A DNA stretch of 32,000 nt from Mucisphaera calidilacus (GTDB lineage: Bacteria > Planctomycetota > Phycisphaerae > Phycisphaerales > Phycisphaeraceae). The notes beneath the pieces were generated by a model. That model ran no database searches. It saw nothing but the letters and a program-made list of their open reading frames with translations, and was not told the origin of the DNA. The position numbers were made by a program, and so were the translations under genes. Where the stretch lies: positions 2,640,001 to 2,672,000 of the forward strand of contig NZ_CP036280.1 in NCBI RefSeq assembly GCF_007748075.1, given 5' to 3'. Shown here piece by piece: positions 11,065-20,475 of the stretch; positions within the stretch are counted from its first letter, which is position 1, and the number at the start of each line of letters is the position of its first letter.

Positions 11065-11799
11065 TTACTCCGCCACGTCCTCAGCGGCCCGCAGCCGAAC
11101 CCGAACCGCCGTGCCGGTCGCGGGGATCCGCTCGCTCACGCCGCCCAGCACCTGCCCGTCGTCGCCTGAGGTCAGGGTCGTCGGCAGGGCCATGAGGTCG
11201 TCACGGAAGTTCACCAGCGTGATCAGCGACCCCGACAGGTCCGCGAGATAATGCCAACCCCCCCGTCCCTCTTCCGCAGGCACCTCGACCTGCTTCGACC
11301 CGGTAAAAAGCCAGGTCGCCTCAGCGAAATCCTCGCCCGTCTCCTTGTTTTTAACCCACGATCCGGCAGTCACTTCCGCCTGATTCCCCACGGCGATGGT
11401 CACCGCGATCTCAGGCCCCGTCGGCGGATCGACCCGCCAGCCCCCCGCCACCGATTCGTCGCGAACCAGCGTCGCAGGCCGACCCGGTTCAAGCCCCAGC
11501 AGCAGCAGCGACGCGTGGAGCTCGCTCGCCCGCACCCCCGTCGCCAGCAGCGACTCGTGCTCACGCGTGTTGCGTCCGCAGACCACCAGCTCGAGCCAGT
11601 CGCCGAAGACATAAAGCAGCTCGCCATCTTCGCCTCGCACCTCGCGCCGCTCGAACACCACCTCCGCGTCGAACTCCACGACCCCCGCCTCGCGGTCGAT
11701 CCGGAGCTCAGGCGTCAGGACCTCCCACGCCTGCGCGCGCACGGCTGCGGCCCCATACAGCAAGGCGAAACAGCCTAGAGTGAGAGAAATACATCGCAT
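11065..11799 (-). CDS. Secreted protein of unknown function (possibly YdjY-like domain)
   Basis: The signal peptide is MRCISLTLGCFALLYGAAAVRAQA. The internal block WLELVVCGRNTREHESLLATGVRASELHASLLLLGLEPG resembles what I recall of YdjY-domain proteins. That family assignment is from memory only. Confidence 0.55.
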   Translation of the reverse strand: MRCISLTLGCFALLYGAAAVRAQAWEVLTPELRIDREAGVVEFDAEVVFERREVRGEDGELLYVFGDWLELVVCGRNTREHESLLATGVRASELHASLLLLGLEPGRPATLVRDESVAGGWRVDPPTGPEIAVTIAVGNQAEVTAGSWVKNKETGEDFAEATWLFTGSKQVEVPAEEGRGGWHYLADLSGSLITLVNFRDDLMALPTTLTSGDDGQVLGGVSERIPATGTAVRVRLRAAEDVAE

Positions 11800-11822
11800 T
11801 CTGGTTTAGAAACTACCCGAAC

Positions 11823-12212
11823 GTGAACAAAAACGCCCCGAAACCTGATGGTCCTGAGGCTCCGCTGCCGGTCCGGAATCTCACATGGACCGCCCTGCTC
11901 GCCCAGTGGGTCGAGTTCGCCCAGGCGGCCGTCGCCCTGCCCGACAACGACGAAGGCAGCCGCTGGAGACGCGCAACCCCGGACCTGATCAGCCTCCAGG
12001 CCATCTGGTTCGCCCTCCAGCACCTCCACGAGCTTCCCCCCGAACAGCAGGCCCTCGGCCGAGACCGCGCCGCGGTCCAGATCGCCAGCAGCACACGCAA
12101 CCTGAACCAACTCTGGTCGCCCGAGCCGCTGCCCGAAAACGTCGCGAGCCTGGTCGAAGACGCCCAATCCGCTCTGTCGCTCAGCGACCCAGCGCAGCGA
12201 GATAAGCCTTAA
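11823..12212 (+). CDS. Hypothetical protein (129 aa)
   Basis: Third-position GC is strong in this frame and the composition is not low-complexity (..LTWTALLAQWVEFAQAAVALPDNDEGSRWRR..). It has a GTG start and I recognise no family. Its 3' end overlaps the convergent pdxJ 3' end by 32 nt. Confidence 0.5.
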   Translation: MNKNAPKPDGPEAPLPVRNLTWTALLAQWVEFAQAAVALPDNDEGSRWRRATPDLISLQAIWFALQHLHELPPEQQALGRDRAAVQIASSTRNLNQLWSPEPLPENVASLVEDAQSALSLSDPAQRDKP

Positions 12213-12933
12213 CGGCCCCCTCCATGCCGAGCTTCAGAGCGTCAGCGGTCAGGGCGTGGCCGATCGAGACCTCGGCGAGCGGTTTCACCCGCCGGGCCAG
12301 CTCAGGAAGGTTGGTCAGATCGAGGTCGTGGCCGGCATTCACACCCAGGCCGAGCGTGTCGGCAAGCTTGGCTGCGGCCTGATAGCTCGCGAGCATCCGC
12401 TCGCGTTCGCTCTCCCCGGCGGCGTACCCCTTGGCGTAAGGCTCGGTGTACAGCTCGATGCGGTCGGCGCCGACATCGGGCACGCGTTCGATCATCGCGG
12501 CGACCGGATCAAGGAACAGGCTCACGCGGATCCCCTCGCTCTTGAGGTCCTTGATGACCTGTATCAGGCGTTCACCATCTTTCTTGAGGTTCCATCCGTG
12601 ATCGGAAGTCCGCTGATCGGGCGAGTCGGGCACGAGCGTCGCCTGGTGCGGGCGTGCCTGGAAGACGAGGGTCATGTAGTCGCCCTCGAAGGGGTTGCCC
12701 TCGATGTTCAGTTCGCGGCCGGCGTACTTCTCCTCGGCAATCACGGCCTTGAGCAGGTGGACGTCGGTGGGGCGCACGTGCCGCTGATCGGGCCGCGGGT
12801 GGACGGTCAGGCCGTCGGCGCCGGCGTCCAGGGCGATGCGGGCGAACTCGGGCACCGAGGGGATGTTGCGGTCGCGCTGGTTGCGGAGCAATGCGACACG
12901 GTTGAGGTTGACACTCAGGCGGGTGATCGACAT
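12181..12933 (-). CDS. pdxJ: Pyridoxine 5'-phosphate synthase
   Basis: MSITRLSVNLNRVALLRNQRDRNIPSV..GLTVHPRPDQRH..EGNP..GVNAGHDL..EVSIGHAL are typical PdxJ motifs. I prefer the ATG at 12931-12933. The track's 37-residue S/R/T-rich N-terminal extension overlaps the upstream gene. Confidence 0.93.
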   Translation of the reverse strand: MSITRLSVNLNRVALLRNQRDRNIPSVPEFARIALDAGADGLTVHPRPDQRHVRPTDVHLLKAVIAEEKYAGRELNIEGNPFEGDYMTLVFQARPHQATLVPDSPDQRTSDHGWNLKKDGERLIQVIKDLKSEGIRVSLFLDPVAAMIERVPDVGADRIELYTEPYAKGYAAGESERERMLASYQAAAKLADTLGLGVNAGHDLDLTNLPELARRVKPLAEVSIGHALTADALKLGMEGAVKAYLAALGR

Positions 12934-12937
12934 GGAA

Positions 12938-13372
12938 CTAGAGCACCTCGTTCTGGAACAGCTCGATGGATTCGCCGTTGGGGCCGTTGAAGAAGGCGAT
13001 GCGGATCGGGATCTTCTCGTCGCTGTCGCTCGCCTCGATGTCAAGGCTCAGCGGCTCCATGGTCACGGTAAAACCGGCCTCGCGCACACGTGCGACGACC
13101 TCGTCAAGGTTGGTGCAACGCAGGGCGATATGAAACCAGGGCTCGTTGCCCGCGTCCTTGTGCTCGGGCTTGTCCGGAGCCTCGAAGACCTCGATGTAGT
13201 TGCCGTCGCCGGTGTCGAGCATCACCGCACGCTTGGGCGGTGCCTGCCAGCGGACGCGTGGCTTGAAACCGAGCAGGTCGGTGTAGAAGGCAAGGCTGGC
13301 GTCGAAGTCGCGGACGCTGATGGCGACGTGATGGAAGCCGCATCCCGAGACCCTGGTGTTTTCGTGGCTCAT
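12938..13372 (-). CDS. VOC (glyoxalase/bleomycin-resistance/dioxygenase) family protein
   Basis: FHHVAISVRDFDASLAFYTDLLGF.. is the typical VOC beta-alpha-beta-beta-beta start. A GGAG lies upstream of the ATG. The stop is 4 nt before the pdxJ start, so an operon is likely. Confidence 0.8.
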   Translation of the reverse strand: MSHENTRVSGCGFHHVAISVRDFDASLAFYTDLLGFKPRVRWQAPPKRAVMLDTGDGNYIEVFEAPDKPEHKDAGNEPWFHIALRCTNLDEVVARVREAGFTVTMEPLSLDIEASDSDEKIPIRIAFFNGPNGESIELFQNEVL

Positions 13373-13411
13373 GGTTTTCTCCTGACAGATTCATGATCGT
13401 ACACTGAGCCG

Positions 13412-14194
13412 ATGGGCGAGGTCGCTTCCGAGACAGAACAACTGCCGCGCGTGTCGCTGGTCATGGCCCTCTACAACCAGCGCGCCTTCGTGACCGAAGC
13501 GCTGGACTCGATCCTGAAGCAGACCTTCACGGACTGGGAACTGGTCATCTGGGACGACGGCTCGACCGACGGGTCCGACGAGATCGCCCGGTCGTATGCG
13601 CAACGCGACCCACGGATCCGCTACGAGCGCAGCGAAAACCGGGGCATGTACTTCGCCCTGGCATCGTCGATCCCCCTGACAAGCGGGCCGCTGATCGGCT
13701 GGGTCGATTCGGACGACCGGATCCGGCCGACGTGCCTGGAGAAGACGGTCGGCCTGCTCGACGCCCGGCCGGACGTCGGCATGGTCTACACCGACCACCA
13801 GATGTATGACGAGCAGGGCAGGGACCTCGGCCTCGGCCAACGCTGCTCGATCCCCTACTCCGCCAACCGACTGCTGCGCGACTTTATGACCTTCCACTTC
13901 CGGCTGATCCGGCGTGAGGTCTTCGAGCGGGCGGGCGGCATCGACACGAGCTTCGCCTTCGCAGAAGACTACGACCTGTGCATGCGGATCAGCGAGATCG
14001 CCACCATCGAGCACCTCGCCGAGGTGCTCTACGACTACCGGGTCCACACCCGCAGCATGTCGCAGGCCACGCGGCTGCTTCAGATCGAGGGCTCGGCGAC
14101 GGCGGTGCGGCGGGCGCTGCGACGCAGGGGGCTGGAGGATCAGTACGACCTGACCGTCGAGTTGATCCCGCGCTTCCATATCCGCAAGCGGTGA
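13412..14194 (+). CDS. Family 2 glycosyltransferase
   Basis: VSLVMALYNQRAFVTEALDSILKQTFTDWELVIWDDGSTDGS.. is a GT-A N-terminus with DDGS. There is also a DSDD (DxD) motif and a later AEDYDL motif. Confidence 0.85.
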   Translation: MGEVASETEQLPRVSLVMALYNQRAFVTEALDSILKQTFTDWELVIWDDGSTDGSDEIARSYAQRDPRIRYERSENRGMYFALASSIPLTSGPLIGWVDSDDRIRPTCLEKTVGLLDARPDVGMVYTDHQMYDEQGRDLGLGQRCSIPYSANRLLRDFMTFHFRLIRREVFERAGGIDTSFAFAEDYDLCMRISEIATIEHLAEVLYDYRVHTRSMSQATRLLQIEGSATAVRRALRRRGLEDQYDLTVELIPRFHIRKR

Positions 14195-14202
14195 CCGCCG
14201 GA

Positions 14203-15609
14203 CTAGAAACCGGCCACGGCCCCGGAGGCGAGGTTGTTGAAGCGCGTGGTGGCTCCGTTGAACTGCAGGCGGACCGTGCCCGTGGGCCCGTTTCGCTGCT
14301 TGGCAAGAATGACCTCGGCGACGTTGGTGTCGACGTAGTCCTCGTCGCCGCGGTGGTAGTAGTCCTCGCGGTGGAGCATCATGACGACGTCGGCGTCCTG
14401 CTCGATCGAGCCGGACTCGCGGAGATCAGACATCAGCGGCCGGTGGCCCTCACGCTGGGCGGCGGCGCGGTTGAGCTGGCTGAGGCAGATGACCGGGACG
14501 TCAAGCTCGCGAGCCAGTGCCTTGATGCCGCGCGAGAGCGAGGAGACTTCCTGCTCGCGGGACTGGGCTCCGGAGGCGGACATCAGCTGGAGATAGTCGA
14601 TCATGACGCACTTGATGTCGTGGCGGGCCTTGAGCCGCCGGGCCTTCGCGCGCAGGGCGAGCAGCGAGAGACCGGGCGTGTCGTCGATATAGATCGGTGC
14701 CTCGGAGAGCTCGCCGACGGTCAGCGAGAGCTGCGCGAAATCGTCGCGTGAAAGCATGTTGCGGCGGAGCCGATGGGAGTCGACACCCGAGCGGGAACAG
14801 AGCAGTCGCTGAGCCAGCTGCTGCTTGCCCATCTCGAGGCTGAAGACCGCGACGGGCTCGTGATTGGAGGCGGCGACGTGCTCGGCGATGTTGAGGGCGA
14901 AGGCGGTCTTACCCATCGAGGGGCGTGCCGCGATGATGATCATCTCGCCCTTCTGCAGGCCGTTGGTCATCTCGTCGAGCTCGAAGAAACCGGTGGCAAC
15001 GCCGGTGATGGCCTCCCCCTCCTGCGCCTCGAGCCGCTCGTAGGTCTCCTGGAGCAGCTCGCGGAGCTCGGAGACGTCGACGTCTTCCTTCGACTCGGCC
15101 AGCTCAAACACCTTCTGCTCGGCGCGGTCGAGAATGATGCCCGCGTCGTCGTCGGTGTTGTAGCAGTCGTTGAGGATCTGGCCGGCCGCGTCGATCATCC
15201 GGCGGATCGTCCCCTTGTCGCGGACGATGCGTGCCCAATGCCTGGCGCCGGCAGCCGAGGGCACCGCCTCGGCCAGTTCAACGAGGTAATCGGTCCCGCC
15301 GACGTGATCGAGCTGCTTGCGGTCGGTGAGTTTCTGGTTGAGCTGGACGATGTCGAGCGACTGCGTCTCGTCGTAGATTTCGATCATCGCGGTGTAGACC
15401 ACCGCGTTGGGGGCGTAGCCGAAGTCCTCCGGGCTGCGGATAATCTCGATGACCTCGCCGCAGAGCTGAGGGTCGTGGAGCAGAGATCCCAGCAGCGCCG
15501 CCTCGGCCTCGCGGGGCACGGGCGGCAGCTTGCCGAAGAGCTTGCCGATCTCGATGGGCTGCGGCTGGTTGCGGAACCTGCGGTTGCCGGGCGTGGGGAT
15601 CGCGGTCAT
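14203..15609 (-). CDS. dnaB: Replicative DNA helicase
   Basis: The N-terminal PPVPREAEAALLGSLLHDP, Walker A (AARPSMGKTAFALN), Walker B (VMIDYLQLM) and the LSQLNR / DADVVMMLHRE motifs are all present. I prefer the start at 15607-15609 (468 aa). The track's 116-aa N-terminal extension is R/S/P-rich and overlaps the divergent gene. Confidence 0.95.
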   Translation of the reverse strand: MTAIPTPGNRRFRNQPQPIEIGKLFGKLPPVPREAEAALLGSLLHDPQLCGEVIEIIRSPEDFGYAPNAVVYTAMIEIYDETQSLDIVQLNQKLTDRKQLDHVGGTDYLVELAEAVPSAAGARHWARIVRDKGTIRRMIDAAGQILNDCYNTDDDAGIILDRAEQKVFELAESKEDVDVSELRELLQETYERLEAQEGEAITGVATGFFELDEMTNGLQKGEMIIIAARPSMGKTAFALNIAEHVAASNHEPVAVFSLEMGKQQLAQRLLCSRSGVDSHRLRRNMLSRDDFAQLSLTVGELSEAPIYIDDTPGLSLLALRAKARRLKARHDIKCVMIDYLQLMSASGAQSREQEVSSLSRGIKALARELDVPVICLSQLNRAAAQREGHRPLMSDLRESGSIEQDADVVMMLHREDYYHRGDEDYVDTNVAEVILAKQRNGPTGTVRLQFNGATTRFNNLASGAVAGF

Positions 15610-15736
15610 GTCACAAGGATAGAGCGACGCGCGCGAATGTCGATGGCGTCGGCAATCCACGGGTATTGCACGCCTTGCGTGCGTCCGGAAGCGAACGCCG
15701 TATACTCCTCGGGCCTGCTGTTCTGGAGACGGATTG

Positions 15737-16873
15737 ATGCCTATCGACTGGTTCGGGCGAAGCGCGTTCACGCTGCTGGTAGTGTTTCTTGGCCTGATAA
15801 GCGGCTGCCAGAGCTCGGAGATGGTCAAGCCGATGGCCCTGCGGCCGGGTGACACCATCGCCTTCGTCGCGCCGGCGGGTGAACTGGACAAGGTTCGCAT
15901 CGAGCGAGCTACAGGACGCCTCGAGGCGATGGGTTTTAACGTCGTGATCCCGGCCAACCTCTACCGGCAGACCGGCTACCTGGCGGGAACCGATCAGGAA
16001 CGGGCCGATGAGCTGATGCGAGCCTTCCTCGACCCGGAGGTGAACGCGATCTTCCCGGGCACGGGGGGCTACGGCACCACGCGGATGCTCGACCTGCTCG
16101 ATTACGACCTGATCCGGAAGAACCCGAAGGTCTTCATCGGCTTCAGCGACATCACCGGGCTGCACATCGCGCTCCACGAAAAATCAGGTCTGGTGACCTT
16201 TCACTCGCCCAACCCCATGTGGGGCCTCGGCAGCGAGGGGGAGTGGAACCCCTTCGCAAGAGACTACTTCTGGCGCGCCCTGCTGGCCGACGCCTACACC
16301 ACGAACGAGCCTTACGTCATCGACGCCGACGAGCGCGTCGAGTACCCGATCACCACCGTCCGTGGCGGCAAAGCCCGGGGCGTGATCGTGGGCGGCAACC
16401 TCTCGCTCGTGCAGGCGGTGACGGGCACCGATTATCAACTCGACACCCGCGGGAAAATCCTCTACCTCGAGGACATCGGCGAAGCGCCCTACCGCGTCGA
16501 CCGGATGCTGCGCCAACTCAAGGCCTCGGGCCAACTCGACGAGATCGCCGGCGCGATCCTCGGGCGGTTCACAAGGCGAAGAAGTGAAGACACCTCGGAC
16601 GAAACCACCACCATGGAAGAGGTGCTCGACGAGTACTTCGCGCCGCTTGGCGTGCCGGTGATCCGCGACTTCCCCGCGGGCCACGTCTCGGACAACGCGA
16701 CACTCCCGATGGGCGTGGTGGTGGAACTGGATGCCGACGCTCAGACCGTGACGGTGCTCGAACGGCCCATCCGGCTGGCGGACGAGCGGAAAGTGCAGAC
16801 CGGCACACGATCGACGCGTGAGATCGCACGCGACAGCCGGACACGACGGCAAATCATCCGAAGTCAGCCCTGA
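15737..16873 (+). CDS. LD-carboxypeptidase (peptidase S66, LdcA/MccF-like) with a lipoprotein-type signal
   Basis: The S66 motifs GDTIAFVAPAG, GTGGYGTTRML, GFSDITGLH (Ser), YLEDIGE (Glu) and FPAGH (His) are present. The N-terminus FTLLVVFLGLISGCQ has a lipobox. The ATG at 15737 is preceded by GGAG, and the track start at 15734 is a TTG. Confidence 0.85.
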   Translation: MPIDWFGRSAFTLLVVFLGLISGCQSSEMVKPMALRPGDTIAFVAPAGELDKVRIERATGRLEAMGFNVVIPANLYRQTGYLAGTDQERADELMRAFLDPEVNAIFPGTGGYGTTRMLDLLDYDLIRKNPKVFIGFSDITGLHIALHEKSGLVTFHSPNPMWGLGSEGEWNPFARDYFWRALLADAYTTNEPYVIDADERVEYPITTVRGGKARGVIVGGNLSLVQAVTGTDYQLDTRGKILYLEDIGEAPYRVDRMLRQLKASGQLDEIAGAILGRFTRRRSEDTSDETTTMEEVLDEYFAPLGVPVIRDFPAGHVSDNATLPMGVVVELDADAQTVTVLERPIRLADERKVQTGTRSTREIARDSRTRRQIIRSQP

Positions 16874-17521
16874 TCAGGCGACGGCGTCCCGTGGCTCGGG
16901 AACGTTGGGCAGCCGCAGCACGTTGGCCAGCAGGCGGTGACCCTCGGTCGTGAGAAACGACTCGGGGTGGAACTGAACCGACTCGGCGGGCGCGGCCCCG
17001 AAGTGTTCGGGCTTGGCACGCAGGGCCATCACCTCGCCCTCCTCGGTCCAGGCGGAGACGATGAAGCGTTCTTTGTCGACGGACTCGGGCGTGACCACCA
17101 GCGAGTGGTAGCGGGTGGCGACAAACGGATTGGACATGCCGGCGAAGACACCCAGTCCGTCGTGGTGGATGGGCGAGGTCTTGCCGTGCATCACCTTGCT
17201 GTTGCGGGCGACGGTCATGCCGAAGGCCTGCCCGATCGACTGGTGCCCGAGGCAGACGCCGAACAACGGGACCTTGCCCAGGAACGCCTCGGCGACACCG
17301 CAGGAGACACCCGCCTCGTTGGGCGTGCAGGGCCCGGGCGAGATGATGACGGTCTCAGGGTTGAGATCGACCGCCTGCTCGACCGTGATCTTGTCGTTGC
17401 GCACGACGCGGAGTTTCGCCTCGGCCTGCTCGGGCGTGTGGCCGTTGACCAGCAGGACCTCGCCGATGCGCTGGACGAGGTTGTAGGTGAACGAGTCGTA
17501 GTTATCGATGAGCAGTATCAT
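16874..17521 (-). CDS. trpG: Glutamine amidotransferase component II of anthranilate / aminodeoxychorismate synthase
   Basis: MILLIDNYDSFTYNLVQ.., SPGPCTPNEAG, and GVCLGHQSIG (catalytic Cys), with HPES near the C-terminus. TrpG cannot be distinguished from PabA on sequence alone. Confidence 0.9.
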   Translation of the reverse strand: MILLIDNYDSFTYNLVQRIGEVLLVNGHTPEQAEAKLRVVRNDKITVEQAVDLNPETVIISPGPCTPNEAGVSCGVAEAFLGKVPLFGVCLGHQSIGQAFGMTVARNSKVMHGKTSPIHHDGLGVFAGMSNPFVATRYHSLVVTPESVDKERFIVSAWTEEGEVMALRAKPEHFGAAPAESVQFHPESFLTTEGHRLLANVLRLPNVPEPRDAVA

Positions 17522-17543
17522 GACGTGATGATATCCATAGGCC

Positions 17544-20435
17544 TCAGCTGGCGACGATGTTGATGAGCTTGCCGGGCACGATGATCACCTTGCGGATGGT
17601 CTTGCCCTCCAGGTGCGTGCCCACGTTGGCGTCGGCCTTGGCGGCTTCCTCGACGGCGGGCTGGTCGGCGTCGGCCGGGACCATGATCTTGCCACGCAGC
17701 TTGCCGTTGACCTGAACGGGCATCTCGATGGTCTCCTCGAGGAGCTTGTCGGGGTCGAAGCTCGGCCAGGGTGCGTCGGCGACCGAGGGCTGGTTGCCCA
17801 GCGCGGCCCAGAGTTCCTCGGCGAGGTGCGGCGCAAGGGGCGAAAGCATGCGCACGAGGGCGTCGGCGACGGCCCGGGGCAGCTTCGGCAGCGCGACGAG
17901 TTGATTGTTCAGCTCGATCATCGCGGCGATCGCGACATTGAAGGACATCGACTCCATGGCATCGGTGACGCGTGCGATGGTCTTGTGCGTGAATCGGTCG
18001 AGTTCCTCGGCGGGCGCGTCATCGACGACAACGAGCTCACCCGTTTCTGCGTCGTAGAAGTTCCGCCAGACGCGGTTGAGGAAACGGTGGACACCCGTGA
18101 TGTCCTTGGTGTTCCACGGCTTGGACTGGTCGAGCGGGCCCATGGCCATCTCGTAGAGCCGCAGCGTGTCGGCACCGTATTCGGCGCAGACGTCATCGGG
18201 CGCGACGGCGTTCTTGAGGGACTTGCCCATCTTGCCGTACTTCTCGACGACCGGCTCGCCCTCGTAGAGGAACCGCGTGCCGGGCTGACCCTGCGCCTCG
18301 AAAGCCGGCCTGCCGTCCTCGGTGGTGACTTGTGTCGCCTCGACCCGCGTGCCGTTCTCTTTTTCGTAGTAGTAGGCCTGGATGTAGCCCTGATTGAAGA
18401 GCCGGCCGAAGGGCTCCGGCGTGGAGACGTGGCCGAGGTCGAAGAGGACCTTGTGCCAGAAGCGGGCGTAGAGCAGGTGGAGCACCGCGTGCTCAGCGCC
18501 GCCGACGTAGAGGTCCACGCCGCCGCTGTAGGCCGGTTCCGCGTCACCCTCCCAGAGCGAAGGCGTCATCCAGTACTTCTCAGCATCCGGATCAACGAAC
18601 CGGCTGAGATTTGCCGGATCGAGAAAACGCAGGTAGTACCAGCAGGAGCCCGCCCACTGGGGCATGGTGTTGAACTCCCGGCGGTAACGTCTGCCGTCGA
18701 TTTCCACGGTGGTCCAGTCTCCGGGCGCTCGTCCGAGCGGCGGACGCGGGGGCGTGTTGGGATCGTCAACCGCCTCGGGCCGGAAGTCATCGAGATGAGG
18801 GTGCTCGACGGGAAGCATCTTCTCGGGCACGCCTCGGATGCTGCCAGTGGGCTCATCGTTGTCATCCAGCTCGTGCAGGATGGGGAAGGGTTCGCCCCAA
18901 TAACGCTGCCGAGAGAAGAGCCAGTCGCGGAGCTTGGTCTGCACCTTGGCCTTGCCCAGGGCGTTGTCGGCGAGCCACTGCGTCATCCGTGCCTTGGCCT
19001 CAGGCGTCGAGAGCCCGTCGAGTGATAGGTCGTCGTTGGCGGAATTCACAGCCGGGCCGTTCCCGGTGAAGGCCTCCTCCTCGATGGGCCGGTCGCCGCC
19101 CTCCACAACCCGGACGATCGGCAGGCCGAACTTGCTGGCGAAGGCGTGGTCGCGTTCATCGTGCGCAGGGACGGCCATGATCGCGCCGGTGCCGTAGCCC
19201 ATCATGACGTAGTCGGCGATCCAGACCGGGATGCGCTGCTGGTTGACCGGGTTGATGGCGTAGGCGCCGGTGAAGACGCCCGTCTTCTCCTTGCCCTCGG
19301 CGCCGCGGTCGATCTCCGACTTGGCCGCGGACTCGGCCTGGTAATCGTCGACCGCCTTGCGGTGCTCAGCGGTGGTGATCTCCGACACCAGCGGGTGCTC
19401 CGGCGCGAGGACCATATAGGTCGCGCCGAAAAGGGTGTCGGGCCGCGTGGTGAAGACCGTGATCAGGTCATCCGAACCCTCGATGGCGAAGTCGACCTCG
19501 GCACCGGTCGAGCGCCCGATCCAGTTGCGCTGCAGCAGCTTGATCGGCTCGGGCCAGTCGACCTGATCGAGCTCGTCGATCAGCCGATCCGAATAAGCGG
19601 TGATGCGCAGCATCCACTGCTTGAGCGGCCGCTTGAAGACGGGGTGGTTGCCGCGCTCCGAGCGGCCGTCGTTGGTCACTTCCTCGTTGGCCAGAACCGT
19701 GCCCAGCGCCGGACACCAGTTCACATCTACCTCGGCGAGGAACGCCAGCCGGTAGGCATCGATAAGCCGCAGCCGCTGGTCCGGCTCGAGCTCCTGGTAC
19801 TTGTGGAAGTTGGGGTTGCCGATGCCCGCGATGGACTCGAGGTCCTCGGTCGCGCCCGAGACGATCAGTTCGCCGTCGATGCCGACGTAATAGTCCTCGC
19901 CCTCGAGCTTCTCGATGAGCTGCGTGATCGGCCGCGCCGCCTTCGCGACGGGGTCGAAGTAGCTGTTGTACAGCTGCAGGAAGATCCACTGCGTCCAGCG
20001 GTAGTAGTCCGTGTCGGTCGTGGCGATCTGGCGGTTCCAGTCGTAGCCCAGGCCCAGACGCTTGAGCTGGCGGACCATGTTGCTGATGTTCTTCTCGGTG
20101 GTCTCGCGGGGGTGGACGCCCGTTTCGACGGCGAACTGCTCGGCGGGGAGACCGAAAGCGTCAAAACCCATGGGGTGGAGCACGTTGTAGCCCTGCATCC
20201 GCTTGTAGCGGCCCACGATGTCGGTGGCGATGTAACCCAGCGGGTGCCCGACGTGGAGCCCGACACCCGAGGGGTAGGGGAACATGTCGAGGACGTAGAA
20301 CTTGGGCTTGTCGGGGTCAAAGCCCGTGTCGCCGGGATTCGGCGCGTGGAAAGTGTGTCGCTCGGCCCAGAACGCCTGCCAGCGTTGCTCGATGGCGGCG
20401 AAGTCATACGTGGAGACGGGGGTATCGGTGCTCAT
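17544..20435 (-). CDS. leuS: Leucine--tRNA ligase
   Basis: YDFAAIEQRWQAFWAE.., the FPYPSGVGLHVGHPLGY (HIGH) motif, the KMGKSLKN (KMSKS) motif and a CP1 editing region are present. I prefer the start at 20433-20435 (963 aa). The upstream 44 codons in the track are S/R/P-rich. Confidence 0.96.
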   Translation of the reverse strand: MSTDTPVSTYDFAAIEQRWQAFWAERHTFHAPNPGDTGFDPDKPKFYVLDMFPYPSGVGLHVGHPLGYIATDIVGRYKRMQGYNVLHPMGFDAFGLPAEQFAVETGVHPRETTEKNISNMVRQLKRLGLGYDWNRQIATTDTDYYRWTQWIFLQLYNSYFDPVAKAARPITQLIEKLEGEDYYVGIDGELIVSGATEDLESIAGIGNPNFHKYQELEPDQRLRLIDAYRLAFLAEVDVNWCPALGTVLANEEVTNDGRSERGNHPVFKRPLKQWMLRITAYSDRLIDELDQVDWPEPIKLLQRNWIGRSTGAEVDFAIEGSDDLITVFTTRPDTLFGATYMVLAPEHPLVSEITTAEHRKAVDDYQAESAAKSEIDRGAEGKEKTGVFTGAYAINPVNQQRIPVWIADYVMMGYGTGAIMAVPAHDERDHAFASKFGLPIVRVVEGGDRPIEEEAFTGNGPAVNSANDDLSLDGLSTPEAKARMTQWLADNALGKAKVQTKLRDWLFSRQRYWGEPFPILHELDDNDEPTGSIRGVPEKMLPVEHPHLDDFRPEAVDDPNTPPRPPLGRAPGDWTTVEIDGRRYRREFNTMPQWAGSCWYYLRFLDPANLSRFVDPDAEKYWMTPSLWEGDAEPAYSGGVDLYVGGAEHAVLHLLYARFWHKVLFDLGHVSTPEPFGRLFNQGYIQAYYYEKENGTRVEATQVTTEDGRPAFEAQGQPGTRFLYEGEPVVEKYGKMGKSLKNAVAPDDVCAEYGADTLRLYEMAMGPLDQSKPWNTKDITGVHRFLNRVWRNFYDAETGELVVVDDAPAEELDRFTHKTIARVTDAMESMSFNVAIAAMIELNNQLVALPKLPRAVADALVRMLSPLAPHLAEELWAALGNQPSVADAPWPSFDPDKLLEETIEMPVQVNGKLRGKIMVPADADQPAVEEAAKADANVGTHLEGKTIRKVIIVPGKLINIVAS

Positions 20436-20475
20436 AGTGAGCAGGATACGGGATCGGGGGTGGGTCGCTCGGCGT

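Noticed and set aside
15610-15957. N-terminal extensions suggested by the ORF track, here 116 codons on dnaB. Other cases are 8763-8858 (ahpC), 10512-10685 (PilZ), 12934-13044 (pdxJ), 20436-20567 (leuS), 21640-21765 (carboxyltransferase) and 510-578 (kdsD).
   Set aside because: The extensions are R/S/P-rich or atypical. They overlap neighbouring genes or regulatory DNA and precede internal ATGs where family homology begins, several with a GGAG-type RBS. I trimmed the starts accordingly, but the exact starts remain predictions.
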